Under the pieces are notes generated by a model. It saw only the letters and a list, made by a program, of their open reading frames with translations, ran no database searches and was not told where the DNA came from. A DNA stretch of 64,000 bases from assembly GCF_042095875.1 (NCBI RefSeq), contig NZ_JBELMJ010000002.1, forward strand, positions 48,909-112,908. Reading direction: 5' to 3'. Source of the DNA: Sphingomonas sp. Lineage in GTDB: Bacteria; Pseudomonadota; Alphaproteobacteria; Sphingomonadales; Sphingomonadaceae. Below are positions 18,999 through 27,507 of the stretch, one piece after another (the stretch's first letter is position 1; each line of letters opens with the position of its first letter). The position numbers were made by a program, and so were the translations under genes.

Positions 18999-19850
18999 CT
19001 AGTTCGTCGGCAGCGCGATCTCGAACAACGTCGGCCACAGCTTGCCCGTGACGAACAGGCGGCGCTTGGCGGCGTCCCAGGCGATGCCGTTCGCGACCGC
19101 TTCGGGGTTGGTCGCCGCGACTTCGGCGACGATCGGGCGCAGGTCGACGATCGCGGACACGATGCCGGTCGCGGGATCGATCCGCAGCAGGAACGGCGTG
19201 TGCCACACGTTGGCCAGCAGCTGCCCGTCGACCCATTCGAGCTCGTTCAGCTGCGTCACCGCGCGGCCGCGCAGGGTGACGGTCACGCGGCGCTGCTCGG
19301 CGAGGGTCGCGGGATCGTGGAAGAACAGCGTCGCGGAGCCGTCCGAGCGGATCAGCGTGCGACCGTCGCTCGTCAGGCCCCAGCCCTCGCCGTCGTAGCG
19401 CGCGGTGCCGAGCGACTTGAGCGTGCGCGCCGACCAGAGGTGCGCGACCCCGTCGTGCCACGTCAGGCTGACCAGCCGGTCCTTGTAGGCCGCCAGCCCT
19501 TCACCGAACTGCGCGGGCGGGATCACGGCGCGCTGCGCGACCTTGCCGGTGGCGAGATCGACGCGGCGCACGTCGGAGCGCCCCTCCAGACCGACGCTCT
19601 CGTACAGCGCGCCGTCGTGCCACACGAGCCCCTCGGTGAACGCCTGCGCGTCGTGCGGGAAGCGCGCGACGATGCGCGCGGCGAGCAGCGGCGGGTCGGT
19701 GACCGCCGACGGCGGGGTGGTCGGCGCGGCGGCGGTAGCGGGTGCGGGCGCGGCCTGAACGCGTGCGGGTGTCTCGGGCGCGCGCAGCGTCAGCGCGGCG
19801 CCGGTGGCAGCGAGCGCGACCGTGGGGATGACCAACCAGCGCAATCTCAT
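18999..19850 (-). CDS. Glutaminyl-peptide cyclotransferase (beta-propeller glutamine cyclotransferase family)
   Basis: FTEGLVWHDGALYESVG, FGEGLAAYKDRLVSLTW, GEGWGLTSDG and NELEWVDGQLLANVW. I chose the ATG at 19850 (MRLRWLV), which is preceded by GAGGGAG. Confidence 0.8.
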   Translation of the reverse strand: MRLRWLVIPTVALAATGAALTLRAPETPARVQAAPAPATAAAPTTPPSAVTDPPLLAARIVARFPHDAQAFTEGLVWHDGALYESVGLEGRSDVRRVDLATGKVAQRAVIPPAQFGEGLAAYKDRLVSLTWHDGVAHLWSARTLKSLGTARYDGEGWGLTSDGRTLIRSDGSATLFFHDPATLAEQRRVTVTLRGRAVTQLNELEWVDGQLLANVWHTPFLLRIDPATGIVSAIVDLRPIVAEVAATNPEAVANGIAWDAAKRRLFVTGKLWPTLFEIALPTN

Positions 19851-19949
19851 GCCTCGAACTCCCTCACGCCTCACATTACTCCCCGCTCATGCTTGCGCGC
19901 GCTCGGCGTTTTCATTGCATCACGTCACCGGATGAGCCCGGCCCGTTGC

Positions 19950-19988
19950 AACGAGAACGGCCCGCCCGACATGACGCCGGGCGGGCCG
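19950..19988 (-). terminator. Rho-independent terminator downstream of the cold-shock gene
   Basis: On the minus strand: GGCCCGCCCG-gcgtcatgt-CGGGCGGGCC followed by GTTCTCGTT. Confidence 0.5.
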
Positions 19989-20027
19989 CTACTCAACCGC
20001 TCATTTCAGGCGATCGGCTGAAGCCGA

Positions 20028-20855
20028 TCAGCTGCCCGAGGCGAGGTTCACTGCCGCATACTTGCCGCGACGATCGACCTCGATCTCGAAGCTGAGACGG
20101 TCGCCCTCGTTGAGCGTCGGCATGCCGGCGCGCTCGACCGCCGAGATGTGGACGAACGCGTCGGGCTGCCCGTCGTCGCGCTGAATAAAGCCGAAGCCCT
20201 TCATCGCGTTGAAGAACTTGACCGTGCCGGTCGCCTTCTCACCGGTCAGCGAACGCTGCGGTGCGCCACCGGCGCCGCCGCGCGGACCCTGGCCACCGAA
20301 ACCGCCGTCGCGCGGGGGTGCGCGATCGGTGACGGGCATCGGCTCGCCGTCGATCTTGAGGTCGGTCGCCGAGATGCGGCCACCGCGGTCGACCAGGGTG
20401 AAGCCGAGCGGCTGACCCTCTGCGAGACCGGAGAGGCCGGCCTGCTCGACCGCCGAGATGTGCACGAACACGTCCTCGCCGCCGTCGTCGCGCACGACGA
20501 AGCCGAAGCCCTTCTGCGCGTTGAAGAACTTGACCACGCCGGTACCCTCGCCGACGACCTGCGGGGGCATGCCGCGGCCACCGCCGCCGCCACCACCGAA
20601 GCCGCCACCGCCGCCGCGAAAACCACCGCCGCCGCCGCCGCCGCCGAAGCCACCGCCGCCGAAGCCGCCGCGGTTGCCGCCGCCGAAGCCGCCGCTACCG
20701 CCGCCAAAGCCGCCGCCGCCGAAGCCGCCGCGGTCGCTGTCGAACCCGCCGCCGCCGAAGCCGCCGCCGAAATCACCGCCACCGCCACCGAAATCGTCGC
20801 GCTTGTCGCGCCCACGCCCACCGCGTGCACCGCGGCCGCCCTTGTCGTAACCCAT
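20028..20855 (-). CDS. Tandem cold-shock-domain protein with a Gly/Arg/Phe-rich N-terminal low-complexity region
   Basis: There are two CSDs, GVVKFFNAQKGFGFVVRDDGGEDVFVHISAV and GTVKFFNAMKGFGFIQRDDGQPDAFVHISAV. The start is the ATG at 20855 (MGYDKGGRGARGGRG...), inside track ORF 20028..21098. Confidence 0.85.
   Translation of the reverse strand: MGYDKGGRGARGGRGRDKRDDFGGGGGDFGGGFGGGGFDSDRGGFGGGGFGGGSGGFGGGNRGGFGGGGFGGGGGGGGFRGGGGGFGGGGGGGRGMPPQVVGEGTGVVKFFNAQKGFGFVVRDDGGEDVFVHISAVEQAGLSGLAEGQPLGFTLVDRGGRISATDLKIDGEPMPVTDRAPPRDGGFGGQGPRGGAGGAPQRSLTGEKATGTVKFFNAMKGFGFIQRDDGQPDAFVHISAVERAGMPTLNEGDRLSFEIEVDRRGKYAAVNLASGS
20571..20855 (-). repeat. Low-complexity GGN-rich coding repeat (encodes a ~95-aa GGF/RGG tract)
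   Basis: Long runs of gccgcc/accgcc triplets on the plus strand. Mirror ORFs encode poly-Pro (20458..20850) and poly-Ala (20246..20830) artefacts. Confidence 0.8.
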
Positions 20856-21120
20856 AACCCTGTTCAACTTCCCGGTCCGCCCGTCGCATCCGTTACGAGA
20901 ACCACGCACAGGACGGCGAGCGCGGCTATCGGGGCGCGATCGAATAGGCGCCTTGCCCCTTGCATATCCTATTACGAAGCGCTCCGCGAATCGTTTCGTG
21001 CGCCTTTGGGCAGCAAGAAGGCAGTTTCTTCTAAATCTGTCGCAAGTGAAGCACAGCGTATCGCAGGCGCAAGCTTCGGTCGGTACAGTCGAGACCACTC
21101 TCGGTGCACGCTGCGTCCAA

Positions 21121-22026
21121 TTAGGAGCCGAATACGCCCGGGCGATACAGCAAGGTGATCGCGACGCGGCGGTTGCGGGGGTCGCCCGGCGCTTGAACGA
21201 TCATGGGTTCACGATCCGCCACGCCCTCGATCCGGTTGAAGCGCGATTCGGGGATGCCGCCCAGCGCCAGCCGCCGCCTGGTCGCCTCGGCGCGTCCCGA
21301 GGAGAGCATCCAATTGTTCATCGCGCGCGGGTCGCCGTAGGGCAGGCTGTCGGTGTGGCCGCGGATCATGATCGGGTTGCCGGTCTCGGCGATGGCCTTG
21401 GCCACGGTGCCGATCAGCTCGGACGCGCGCGGGTCGAGCGCGGTGGTGCCGAGCGCGAACATCGAATAATCGGCGTCGTCGACCAGGTCGATCCGCATGC
21501 CGTCGGGCGTCATGACGAAGCGGATGTGCTTGGCGAGGCGGGCAAGTTCCGCCTTGCTGGCCATCTGCTTCATGACCTCGCGCTTCAACTTGGCGAAGTT
21601 CTTCCGGTCCTCCGCCATCGTTTGGCGCGGACTGCTGCGCATCGAACCTTTGGGGCCGTAACCGTTCTGCGGACCGCCGGTCGATTCGGTCACGGTGGCG
21701 AGCGCCTGCATCGCCGACTGGCCCGACTTCGGCCCCAGCCGTTCCTGCGACATCAACGATTCGCCGCCGAACGGACCGACCCCGCCGATCCCCTTCGACT
21801 TGGTGTCGATCAGCGTCGGCGCGAAGTAATCGGCGATCCCCTTGCGCTGCTTCTCGGTCGTCGCGCCGAGCAGCCACAAGAGCAGGAAGAACGCCATCAT
21901 TGCGGTAACGAAATCGGCGTAGGCGACCTTCCACGCGCCGCCATGGTGGCCGCCGTGGCCTTCGATGTAGATTTTCTTGACGATGATCTTGGGCGGCACG
22001 TTGGCGCCGTGGGGTGCGCGCGCCAT
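21121..22026 (-). CDS. motB: Flagellar motor stator protein MotB
   Basis: AWKVAYADFVTAMMAFFLLLWLL carries the channel Asp. The C-terminal OmpA-like peptidoglycan-binding region is IRGHTDSLPYG...NNWMLSSGRAEATRRRL. Confidence 0.92.
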   Translation of the reverse strand: MARAPHGANVPPKIIVKKIYIEGHGGHHGGAWKVAYADFVTAMMAFFLLLWLLGATTEKQRKGIADYFAPTLIDTKSKGIGGVGPFGGESLMSQERLGPKSGQSAMQALATVTESTGGPQNGYGPKGSMRSSPRQTMAEDRKNFAKLKREVMKQMASKAELARLAKHIRFVMTPDGMRIDLVDDADYSMFALGTTALDPRASELIGTVAKAIAETGNPIMIRGHTDSLPYGDPRAMNNWMLSSGRAEATRRRLALGGIPESRFNRIEGVADREPMIVQAPGDPRNRRVAITLLYRPGVFGS

Positions 22027-22027
22027 C

Positions 22028-22891
22028 TTACTTGCCGCGCAGGCCGTCGAACACCTCGGCGAAGCCGGGCTGGTTCTTGTGCTGGATGCCCGAGCGCGCC
22101 GCCTCGATCACCAGCGGCTGCGGGTGGCCGTGGAGCGAGGCGATGATGATCTGCTTGACCACGTGGTAAATCGCGGCGTCGGCGTCGATGATCTGCTTCA
22201 ACCGCCCGGCGAGCGGCGAGACGATGCCGTAGGCGAGCAGCACGCCCATGAAGGTGCCGACCAGCGCCGAGCCGATCATCCCACCCAATATGGACGGCGG
22301 CTTGTCGATCGAGCCCATCGTCTTCACGATGCCGAGCACCGCCGCGACAATGCCGAGCGCGGGCAGCGCGTCGGCGAGGCTGGAGAGCGTGGTGTGCGGC
22401 CCCTCGACCTCGTGGTGGTGCGTCTTGATCGCATTGTCCATCACGTCCTCGACCGCGTGGACGTCGAGCGTGCCCGAGGAGACGACGACGAGGCGCAGCG
22501 TGTCGGCGATCAGGTTGACCAGCGTGTGGTCCTTCAGCAGCCGCGGATATTCGGCGAAGACGGCGGAGGAGGACGGGTCCTCGACGTGCGGTTCGAGGGC
22601 GATGGGGCCCTCCATGCGCAACATCTTCATCAACTTCGACACCAGGAAGATGACGTCGAGATAGTCCTGCTTCTTGTACTTCGGGCCCTTGAACACCTTG
22701 GCGAGCCCGCCGCCCATCGCCTTCAGTTCCTTGCCGGAATTGCCGATGATGAGCGCGCCCGCCGCGGCGCCGCCGATGATGAGCATCTCGTGCGGGATCG
22801 CCTCCATGACGGGGCCGAGCGCACCGCCGGTGATCGCGAAGCCACCGAACACCATGACGAGGAGGACAACGAGGCCGATGCCGGCGAACAT
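22028..22891 (-). CDS. motA: Flagellar motor stator protein MotA
   Basis: 287 aa with a 4-TM MotA layout, and ALPALGIVAAVLGIVKTMG matches the MotA/ExbB channel motif. It lies immediately upstream of motB. Confidence 0.92.
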   Translation of the reverse strand: MFAGIGLVVLLVMVFGGFAITGGALGPVMEAIPHEMLIIGGAAAGALIIGNSGKELKAMGGGLAKVFKGPKYKKQDYLDVIFLVSKLMKMLRMEGPIALEPHVEDPSSSAVFAEYPRLLKDHTLVNLIADTLRLVVVSSGTLDVHAVEDVMDNAIKTHHHEVEGPHTTLSSLADALPALGIVAAVLGIVKTMGSIDKPPSILGGMIGSALVGTFMGVLLAYGIVSPLAGRLKQIIDADAAIYHVVKQIIIASLHGHPQPLVIEAARSGIQHKNQPGFAEVFDGLRGK

Positions 22892-22957
22892 GCGCGAATT
22901 CCTGAGCTATTCGCCTGCATGGTTAACCGCGGGGTGGTAGCGAAGTGGTTAAGCGCG

Positions 22958-22990
22958 CGAGAGAAAAGGGCGCGTCACTCGCCGCGCCGA
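22958..22990 (-). terminator. Rho-independent terminator after flgL
   Basis: On the minus strand: GGCGCG-gcgagtga-CGCGCC followed by CTTTTCTCT. Confidence 0.55.
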
Positions 22991-22995
22991 CGCGA

Positions 22996-23925
22996 TCAGC
23001 GGATATAATCGAACAGCGACAGCGAGGATAGCTTGGAGAAGCTCGCCTGCGTCGCCGACAGGATCGTCATCGTCTTCTGCAATTCAGTGATCGCGGTGGT
23101 GACGTCGACGTCCTCCATGTCGGAGCGCGCGGTCTCGCGGTCAGTCGAGACTTGCGTGAAATAGGCGGCTTGCAAATCGACCCGGACCGCGCGCGCGCCG
23201 ACCGACGCCTGCGCCTGCGTGTTCTGCGCGGCGATGGCGGACAGATCGGCGACGTCGTCGGTCGACGGCGCACCGCCGGCTTCCAGCGTCGCGACCATCG
23301 CGGTCAGCACTTCGCCAAGGTCGCGCCCGGCCTTGCCGTCCGCACCCTTGAGCTTGAGCACGTCGCCAGCGGCGACGCTCGGCTGGACGGTCTGCCCGTC
23401 GCCGATCGGGATCGCGGTCGGTTGCCCCGCCGCGAAGGCGAGCGCGCCCGAGGCGACCTGCGTCACCGCGGGCGTCTCCGCCTGCCCCGCTGCCAGCACC
23501 TCCGACCCGCCGAACAAGGGGGCGCCGCGCGCGTCCCTGGCGTTGGCGAGCCCGACGATGCTGGAGAGTACGTCCTTCAGCTGCGTCGCGATCGCCTTCT
23601 TCGCGTCGGCAGACAGCGTACCGTTGCCGGCCTGGACCACGAGCTCGTTCGCCTTCTGCAACTGCTCGCCGATCGAGCCGAGCGTCGAATCGGCCTGCGC
23701 GAGCACGGACTGCGCGATCTTGACGTTGGCGCCGAAGGCGACGTCGTTGGCACCCGCGGTGCGCAGGGACTGCAACCGCTGATATGCGACCGGGTCGTCG
23801 GAAGGCGCCTGAAGCTTCCTGCCGGTCGACACCTGCGTCTGGAGCACCTCGGCACGCTGCGTCAGCGCGTTCATCGACGCGGCGGAGCGGCCGTAGAAGC
23901 CGCCGGCGGATAGACTGACAGACAT
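22996..23925 (-). CDS. flgL: Flagellar hook-filament junction protein FlgL
   Basis: Flagellin-like N-terminus (LQTQVSTGRKLQAPSDDPVAYQRL) and C-terminus (TELQKTMTILSATQASFSKLSSLSLFDYI). It follows flgK. Confidence 0.85.
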   Translation of the reverse strand: MSVSLSAGGFYGRSAASMNALTQRAEVLQTQVSTGRKLQAPSDDPVAYQRLQSLRTAGANDVAFGANVKIAQSVLAQADSTLGSIGEQLQKANELVVQAGNGTLSADAKKAIATQLKDVLSSIVGLANARDARGAPLFGGSEVLAAGQAETPAVTQVASGALAFAAGQPTAIPIGDGQTVQPSVAAGDVLKLKGADGKAGRDLGEVLTAMVATLEAGGAPSTDDVADLSAIAAQNTQAQASVGARAVRVDLQAAYFTQVSTDRETARSDMEDVDVTTAITELQKTMTILSATQASFSKLSSLSLFDYIR

Positions 23926-25259
23926 CAGCGAATCTCCATCAACGACTGGAATACGTCCTTGGCGACCGAGATCACGCGGCTCGACGCCTGGTACGCCTGC
24001 TGGAAGCGGAGCAGCTGCACTGCCTCGTCGTCGAGGTTGACCGCGCTGGCGGAGTCGCGCGCGGCGGTGGTGCCGTTCAAGATCGCGCTCTGCGCGTCGC
24101 CGACGACCTTGCGGCTGCTGATCGCCGCGGCGTTTCCGGCGACGAGGCCGGTAATGCCGCCCTCGAACCCGCCGCTGGCGCGCGCCGACTGGAGCTTGGC
24201 GAGATTACTGCCGTCGCGCGTGCCGCCACCGACCGAGGCCGCGGCGATCTTCGCCGGATCGGTCAGCGCGACGCTCAGCCTGGTCGGGTCGGCCGCGTCA
24301 TAGGTGAAGAAGTCGGTGCCCGCGTCGTTGGACAGGTCGCGTCCCTCGGCCTGGACCGCGTTGACGCTGTCGGCGAAGTCGCGCGCGGTGTCGGCGACGA
24401 GCCCGCGCGTGTCGACGATCCGCTGCGCCGCGTCCGCGATGCCGGCGAGCGAACCGCCGCTCGGCTGGAAGGTCTGCGACTCCTTGCCGCGCGAGAGCGT
24501 GAAGGTGACGTTGCCCTGCGCGCTGCGCGCGTAGGAAATGCTGCCCGCGCTGCTGCCCGACACGAGCGTCGGGCCGGCGTCGCCGCCCAGCCTGACGGTC
24601 GCGCGGCCCGCGGCGTCGAACGACGCGGAAACGTCGGACAGGCCGCTCATCTGTTCGAGGATCAGGTCGCGCTGATCGGCGAGGCTCGCCGCGCCCGCGC
24701 TGCCCGCGCCCGCTCGGCCGAGCCCGTCGTTGACCCGGGCGAGCGACTGCGCGAGCGTGGACAGGCTGGCGGCATCGCCGTCGGCCGTCTGGTCGAGGTC
24801 GGCCATCACCTGCGTCAGCGCGCTGCCGGTAGCGGCGAAGCCGGCGGCGACGCTGCCGGCATTCTCCAGCATGACGCTGCGCTGCGCGAGCGAGGCCGGG
24901 TCGGCGGCGAGCGCGGTCGCGGCGGTGTAGAAACTGGTGAGGCGCCCCGACACGTCGGCGCCGGTCAGCGCGGTCTGGATGCGGTCGAGCCAGGCGGAGC
25001 CCGCCTGCGTGCGCGACAGATCGGCGCCGGCGCTGCGCACCGCCGCCGACCGGATCGCGTCGCCCGCGCGCTGCGTGCCCGATACGGTCACGCCGTAGCC
25101 GTTGATCCCCTTGATGCCGGCACCCGACACTTCGGACATCGCCGCGGTGCGACGCGAGTAACCCGCGACGCCCGAGTTGGCGATATTCTCCGACGTGGTC
25201 GTCAGCGCGGTCTGGAACGCGCGAACGCCGCTGGCACCGATGGAAAGGAGATCGCTCAT
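23925..25259 (-). CDS. flgK: Flagellar hook-associated protein FlgK
   Basis: MSDLLSIGASGVRAFQTALTTTSENIANSGVAGYSRR at the N-terminus and VNLDDEAVQLLRFQQAYQASSRVISV at the C-terminus. Confidence 0.9.
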   Translation of the reverse strand: MSDLLSIGASGVRAFQTALTTTSENIANSGVAGYSRRTAAMSEVSGAGIKGINGYGVTVSGTQRAGDAIRSAAVRSAGADLSRTQAGSAWLDRIQTALTGADVSGRLTSFYTAATALAADPASLAQRSVMLENAGSVAAGFAATGSALTQVMADLDQTADGDAASLSTLAQSLARVNDGLGRAGAGSAGAASLADQRDLILEQMSGLSDVSASFDAAGRATVRLGGDAGPTLVSGSSAGSISYARSAQGNVTFTLSRGKESQTFQPSGGSLAGIADAAQRIVDTRGLVADTARDFADSVNAVQAEGRDLSNDAGTDFFTYDAADPTRLSVALTDPAKIAAASVGGGTRDGSNLAKLQSARASGGFEGGITGLVAGNAAAISSRKVVGDAQSAILNGTTAARDSASAVNLDDEAVQLLRFQQAYQASSRVISVAKDVFQSLMEIR

Positions 25260-25609
25260 TCGGGCAGTGTGCCACCACCCCCGTTAAGATTCGGTTGCGC
25301 GCGGCCCAGGAACTCGGTCATCGCGCGACCGATGCCGAGCGGGGTGTGTTCCGCCATCGCCTGCACCGTTTTCTGGTCCTGCATGTCGCGGAACGTGTCG
25401 AGCGCCTTGCTGTCGAACAGTGGGTCGGCGAGCTTCGCCTGCCGCATCGATTTGAGCATCATGCCCGTGAACACCGACTCGAACTGCTGGCCCGCCTTGG
25501 CGAGGTTCTCCTTGGTGTTCGCGCGCGCGAACGTGCCGGTCGCGGCCGCGGGAGTGAGCGAGGCGGTCGCGCCAGCGCTGTTCGGGGCGATGTTGGGGGT
25601 GTCGGTCAC
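25256..25609 (-). CDS. flgJ: Rod-binding protein (FlgJ N-terminal-domain type, no muramidase domain)
   Basis: 117 aa. AGQQFESVFTGMMLKSMRQA is the Rod_binding motif. The GTG start overlaps the flgI stop. Confidence 0.8.
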   Translation of the reverse strand: MTDTPNIAPNSAGATASLTPAAATGTFARANTKENLAKAGQQFESVFTGMMLKSMRQAKLADPLFDSKALDTFRDMQDQKTVQAMAEHTPLGIGRAMTEFLGRAQPNLNGGGGTLPE

Positions 25610-26754
25610 AGGACGATCAGCTCCGCCTTGAGTGCGCCCGCTTCCTTCAGCGCTTCCAGGATCGCGACGAGGTCGGCCGGGCTCGCCCCGATCGCGTTCA
25701 CCGCCTTGACCACGTCCGCCAGCTTGGGGCCGGGGTTGAGGAGGAACATCGGCTTGCGCTCCTCGTCCACCGCGACGCCCGACTTGCGCTCGAGCGCGGT
25801 CTGGCCCTGGCTGAACGGTGCGGGCTGGCTGATCCGCTGGTTCTCGTCGATGCGGACGGTCAGCTTGCCGTGGGTCACGGCGGCGGCGCCGACGCGCACC
25901 GCGGAGTTGATGACGACGGTGCCGGTGCGCGCGTTGACGATCACCTTGGCGGGCGGTTCGGCCGAGGCGACGTCGAGATTCTCGATCTGGCTCATCAGCC
26001 CGGCGCGGATGTCGGCGCCGACCGGCGCGCGCACCGCGACCGAAACGGCGTCGATCGCCTGCGCGGTGCCGAAGCCCAGCCGGCGGTTGATCGCGGCGGC
26101 GACATTCTGCGCGGTGGTGAAATCGGCGCGCGCGAGATTGTAGGTGATGAACGGCGTGTCGGCGAACCCGGTCGCGACCGCGCGCTCGACGGTGGCGCCC
26201 TCCGGGATACGGCCGGTGGAAGGCACGTTGACGACGATGGTCGATCCGTCGCGTCCTTCCGCGCCGAGCCCGCCGACCGCGAGATTGCCCTGCGCCATCG
26301 CGTAGATCTGCCCGTCGGCGCCGAGCAGCGGCGCGAGCACCAGGCTGCCGCCGCGCAGGCTCTTGGCCTTGCCCATCGAGGCGACGGTGATGTCGATCCG
26401 CTGTCCGGGCTTGGCGAAGGCGGGCAGGTCGGCGGTGATCATCACCACCGCGGCGTTCTTCAACCCCGGATTGACGCCCGCAGGGAGTTGTAGCCCGAAA
26501 CGCGACGCGACCGCCTTCACCGACTGCACGGTATATTCGAGGTTGTCGTCGCCCGTGCCGGGCAGGCCGACGACGATGCCGTAGCCGGTCAGCTGGTTCG
26601 AGCGGATGCCCTGGAACCCGCCCAGGTCCTTGATGCGATCGGCGTGCGCGGGCGCGGCGAGCGCGACCAGCGCCAGCGCGGCCGCGAGGACGTGGCGAGC
26701 GAGCGAGCGGACGGGGGTGAAGGCTGTCATGATGGGTGAACCTAGACGGGTCAT
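25606..26754 (-). CDS. flgI: Flagellar P-ring protein FlgI
   Basis: Signal peptide, then ADRIKDLGGFQGIRSNQLTGYGIVVGLPGTGD, and LVAILEALKEAGALKAELIVL at the C-terminus. Confidence 0.93.
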   Translation of the reverse strand: MTRLGSPIMTAFTPVRSLARHVLAAALALVALAAPAHADRIKDLGGFQGIRSNQLTGYGIVVGLPGTGDDNLEYTVQSVKAVASRFGLQLPAGVNPGLKNAAVVMITADLPAFAKPGQRIDITVASMGKAKSLRGGSLVLAPLLGADGQIYAMAQGNLAVGGLGAEGRDGSTIVVNVPSTGRIPEGATVERAVATGFADTPFITYNLARADFTTAQNVAAAINRRLGFGTAQAIDAVSVAVRAPVGADIRAGLMSQIENLDVASAEPPAKVIVNARTGTVVINSAVRVGAAAVTHGKLTVRIDENQRISQPAPFSQGQTALERKSGVAVDEERKPMFLLNPGPKLADVVKAVNAIGASPADLVAILEALKEAGALKAELIVL

Positions 26755-26781
26755 GGTTACCGGCGCGTCAACGCGAGCGAG

Positions 26782-27507
26782 TCAGAACGGCGAGATCACG
26801 CTGAAGAAGCGCGACAGCCAGCCCTGCCGGCTGGCGCGGGCGACGTCGCCCTTGCCGGTATAGGCGATCTGCGCGTCGGCGACTCGGGTGGAGGGGACGC
26901 GGTTGTTGACGTCGACGTCCGCCATGCGCACCAGACCCTTGATCTGGAGGTATTCGTCGCCGCGGTTGAGCGTCACGCGCTTCTGTCCCTGCACCAGCAT
27001 CGTGCCGTTGGGATAGACCTGCGCGACGGTGACCGAGACCTCGCCCGAGAGCGAGTTGGCCTGGTCGGCGCTGCCCTGCCCGTTGAAGTTGCGATTGCCG
27101 CTGGCGCGGATCGAGTTCGGGTCGATGAACGACAGCGGCCCGGTGGCGGGCGGGGTCAGTCCCCCTGCCCCGTTAGAGTCGAGCTTGGACGAGGCGGTCT
27201 TCGACGCGGCGGTGCGCTCCACCAGCACGATGGTCAGCGGGTCGCCGACGCGGCGCGCGCGCCAGCCCTCGGTCAGCGCGCCGTAGCCGTCGGCGACGCG
27301 AAAGATCGCGCCGTCGGCGGGCGGCGGTGCGGCGGGCACGATCGGCGCGCGCATCGCGGTGAAATCCTCCGGCGGCTTCTTCGCGCCGAACAGCTTCGCG
27401 TCGGCCGCCAACGGCACCACCGCGGCGGCGACGAGCGCCGCGGCGGTCGCGCCGAGCGCGAGTTCGATCCAGTGCGCGGCGACGGCATGGTGCATGCGGC
27501 TGGCCAT
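26782..27507 (-). CDS. flgH: Flagellar L-ring protein FlgH
   Basis: GDPLTIVLVERTAASK, NSLSGEVSVTVAQVYPNGTMLVQGQKRVTLNRGDEYLQIKGLVR and WLSRFFSVISPF. Confidence 0.9.
   Translation of the reverse strand: MASRMHHAVAAHWIELALGATAAALVAAAVVPLAADAKLFGAKKPPEDFTAMRAPIVPAAPPPADGAIFRVADGYGALTEGWRARRVGDPLTIVLVERTAASKTASSKLDSNGAGGLTPPATGPLSFIDPNSIRASGNRNFNGQGSADQANSLSGEVSVTVAQVYPNGTMLVQGQKRVTLNRGDEYLQIKGLVRMADVDVNNRVPSTRVADAQIAYTGKGDVARASRQGWLSRFFSVISPF

Noticed and set aside
20458-20850. Proline-rich ORF (PPPPPPPKPPPP...) and Ala-rich ORF 20246..20830
   Set aside because: They are mirror-frame and alternative-frame artefacts of the GGN-repeat region encoding the Gly-rich head of the cold-shock protein.
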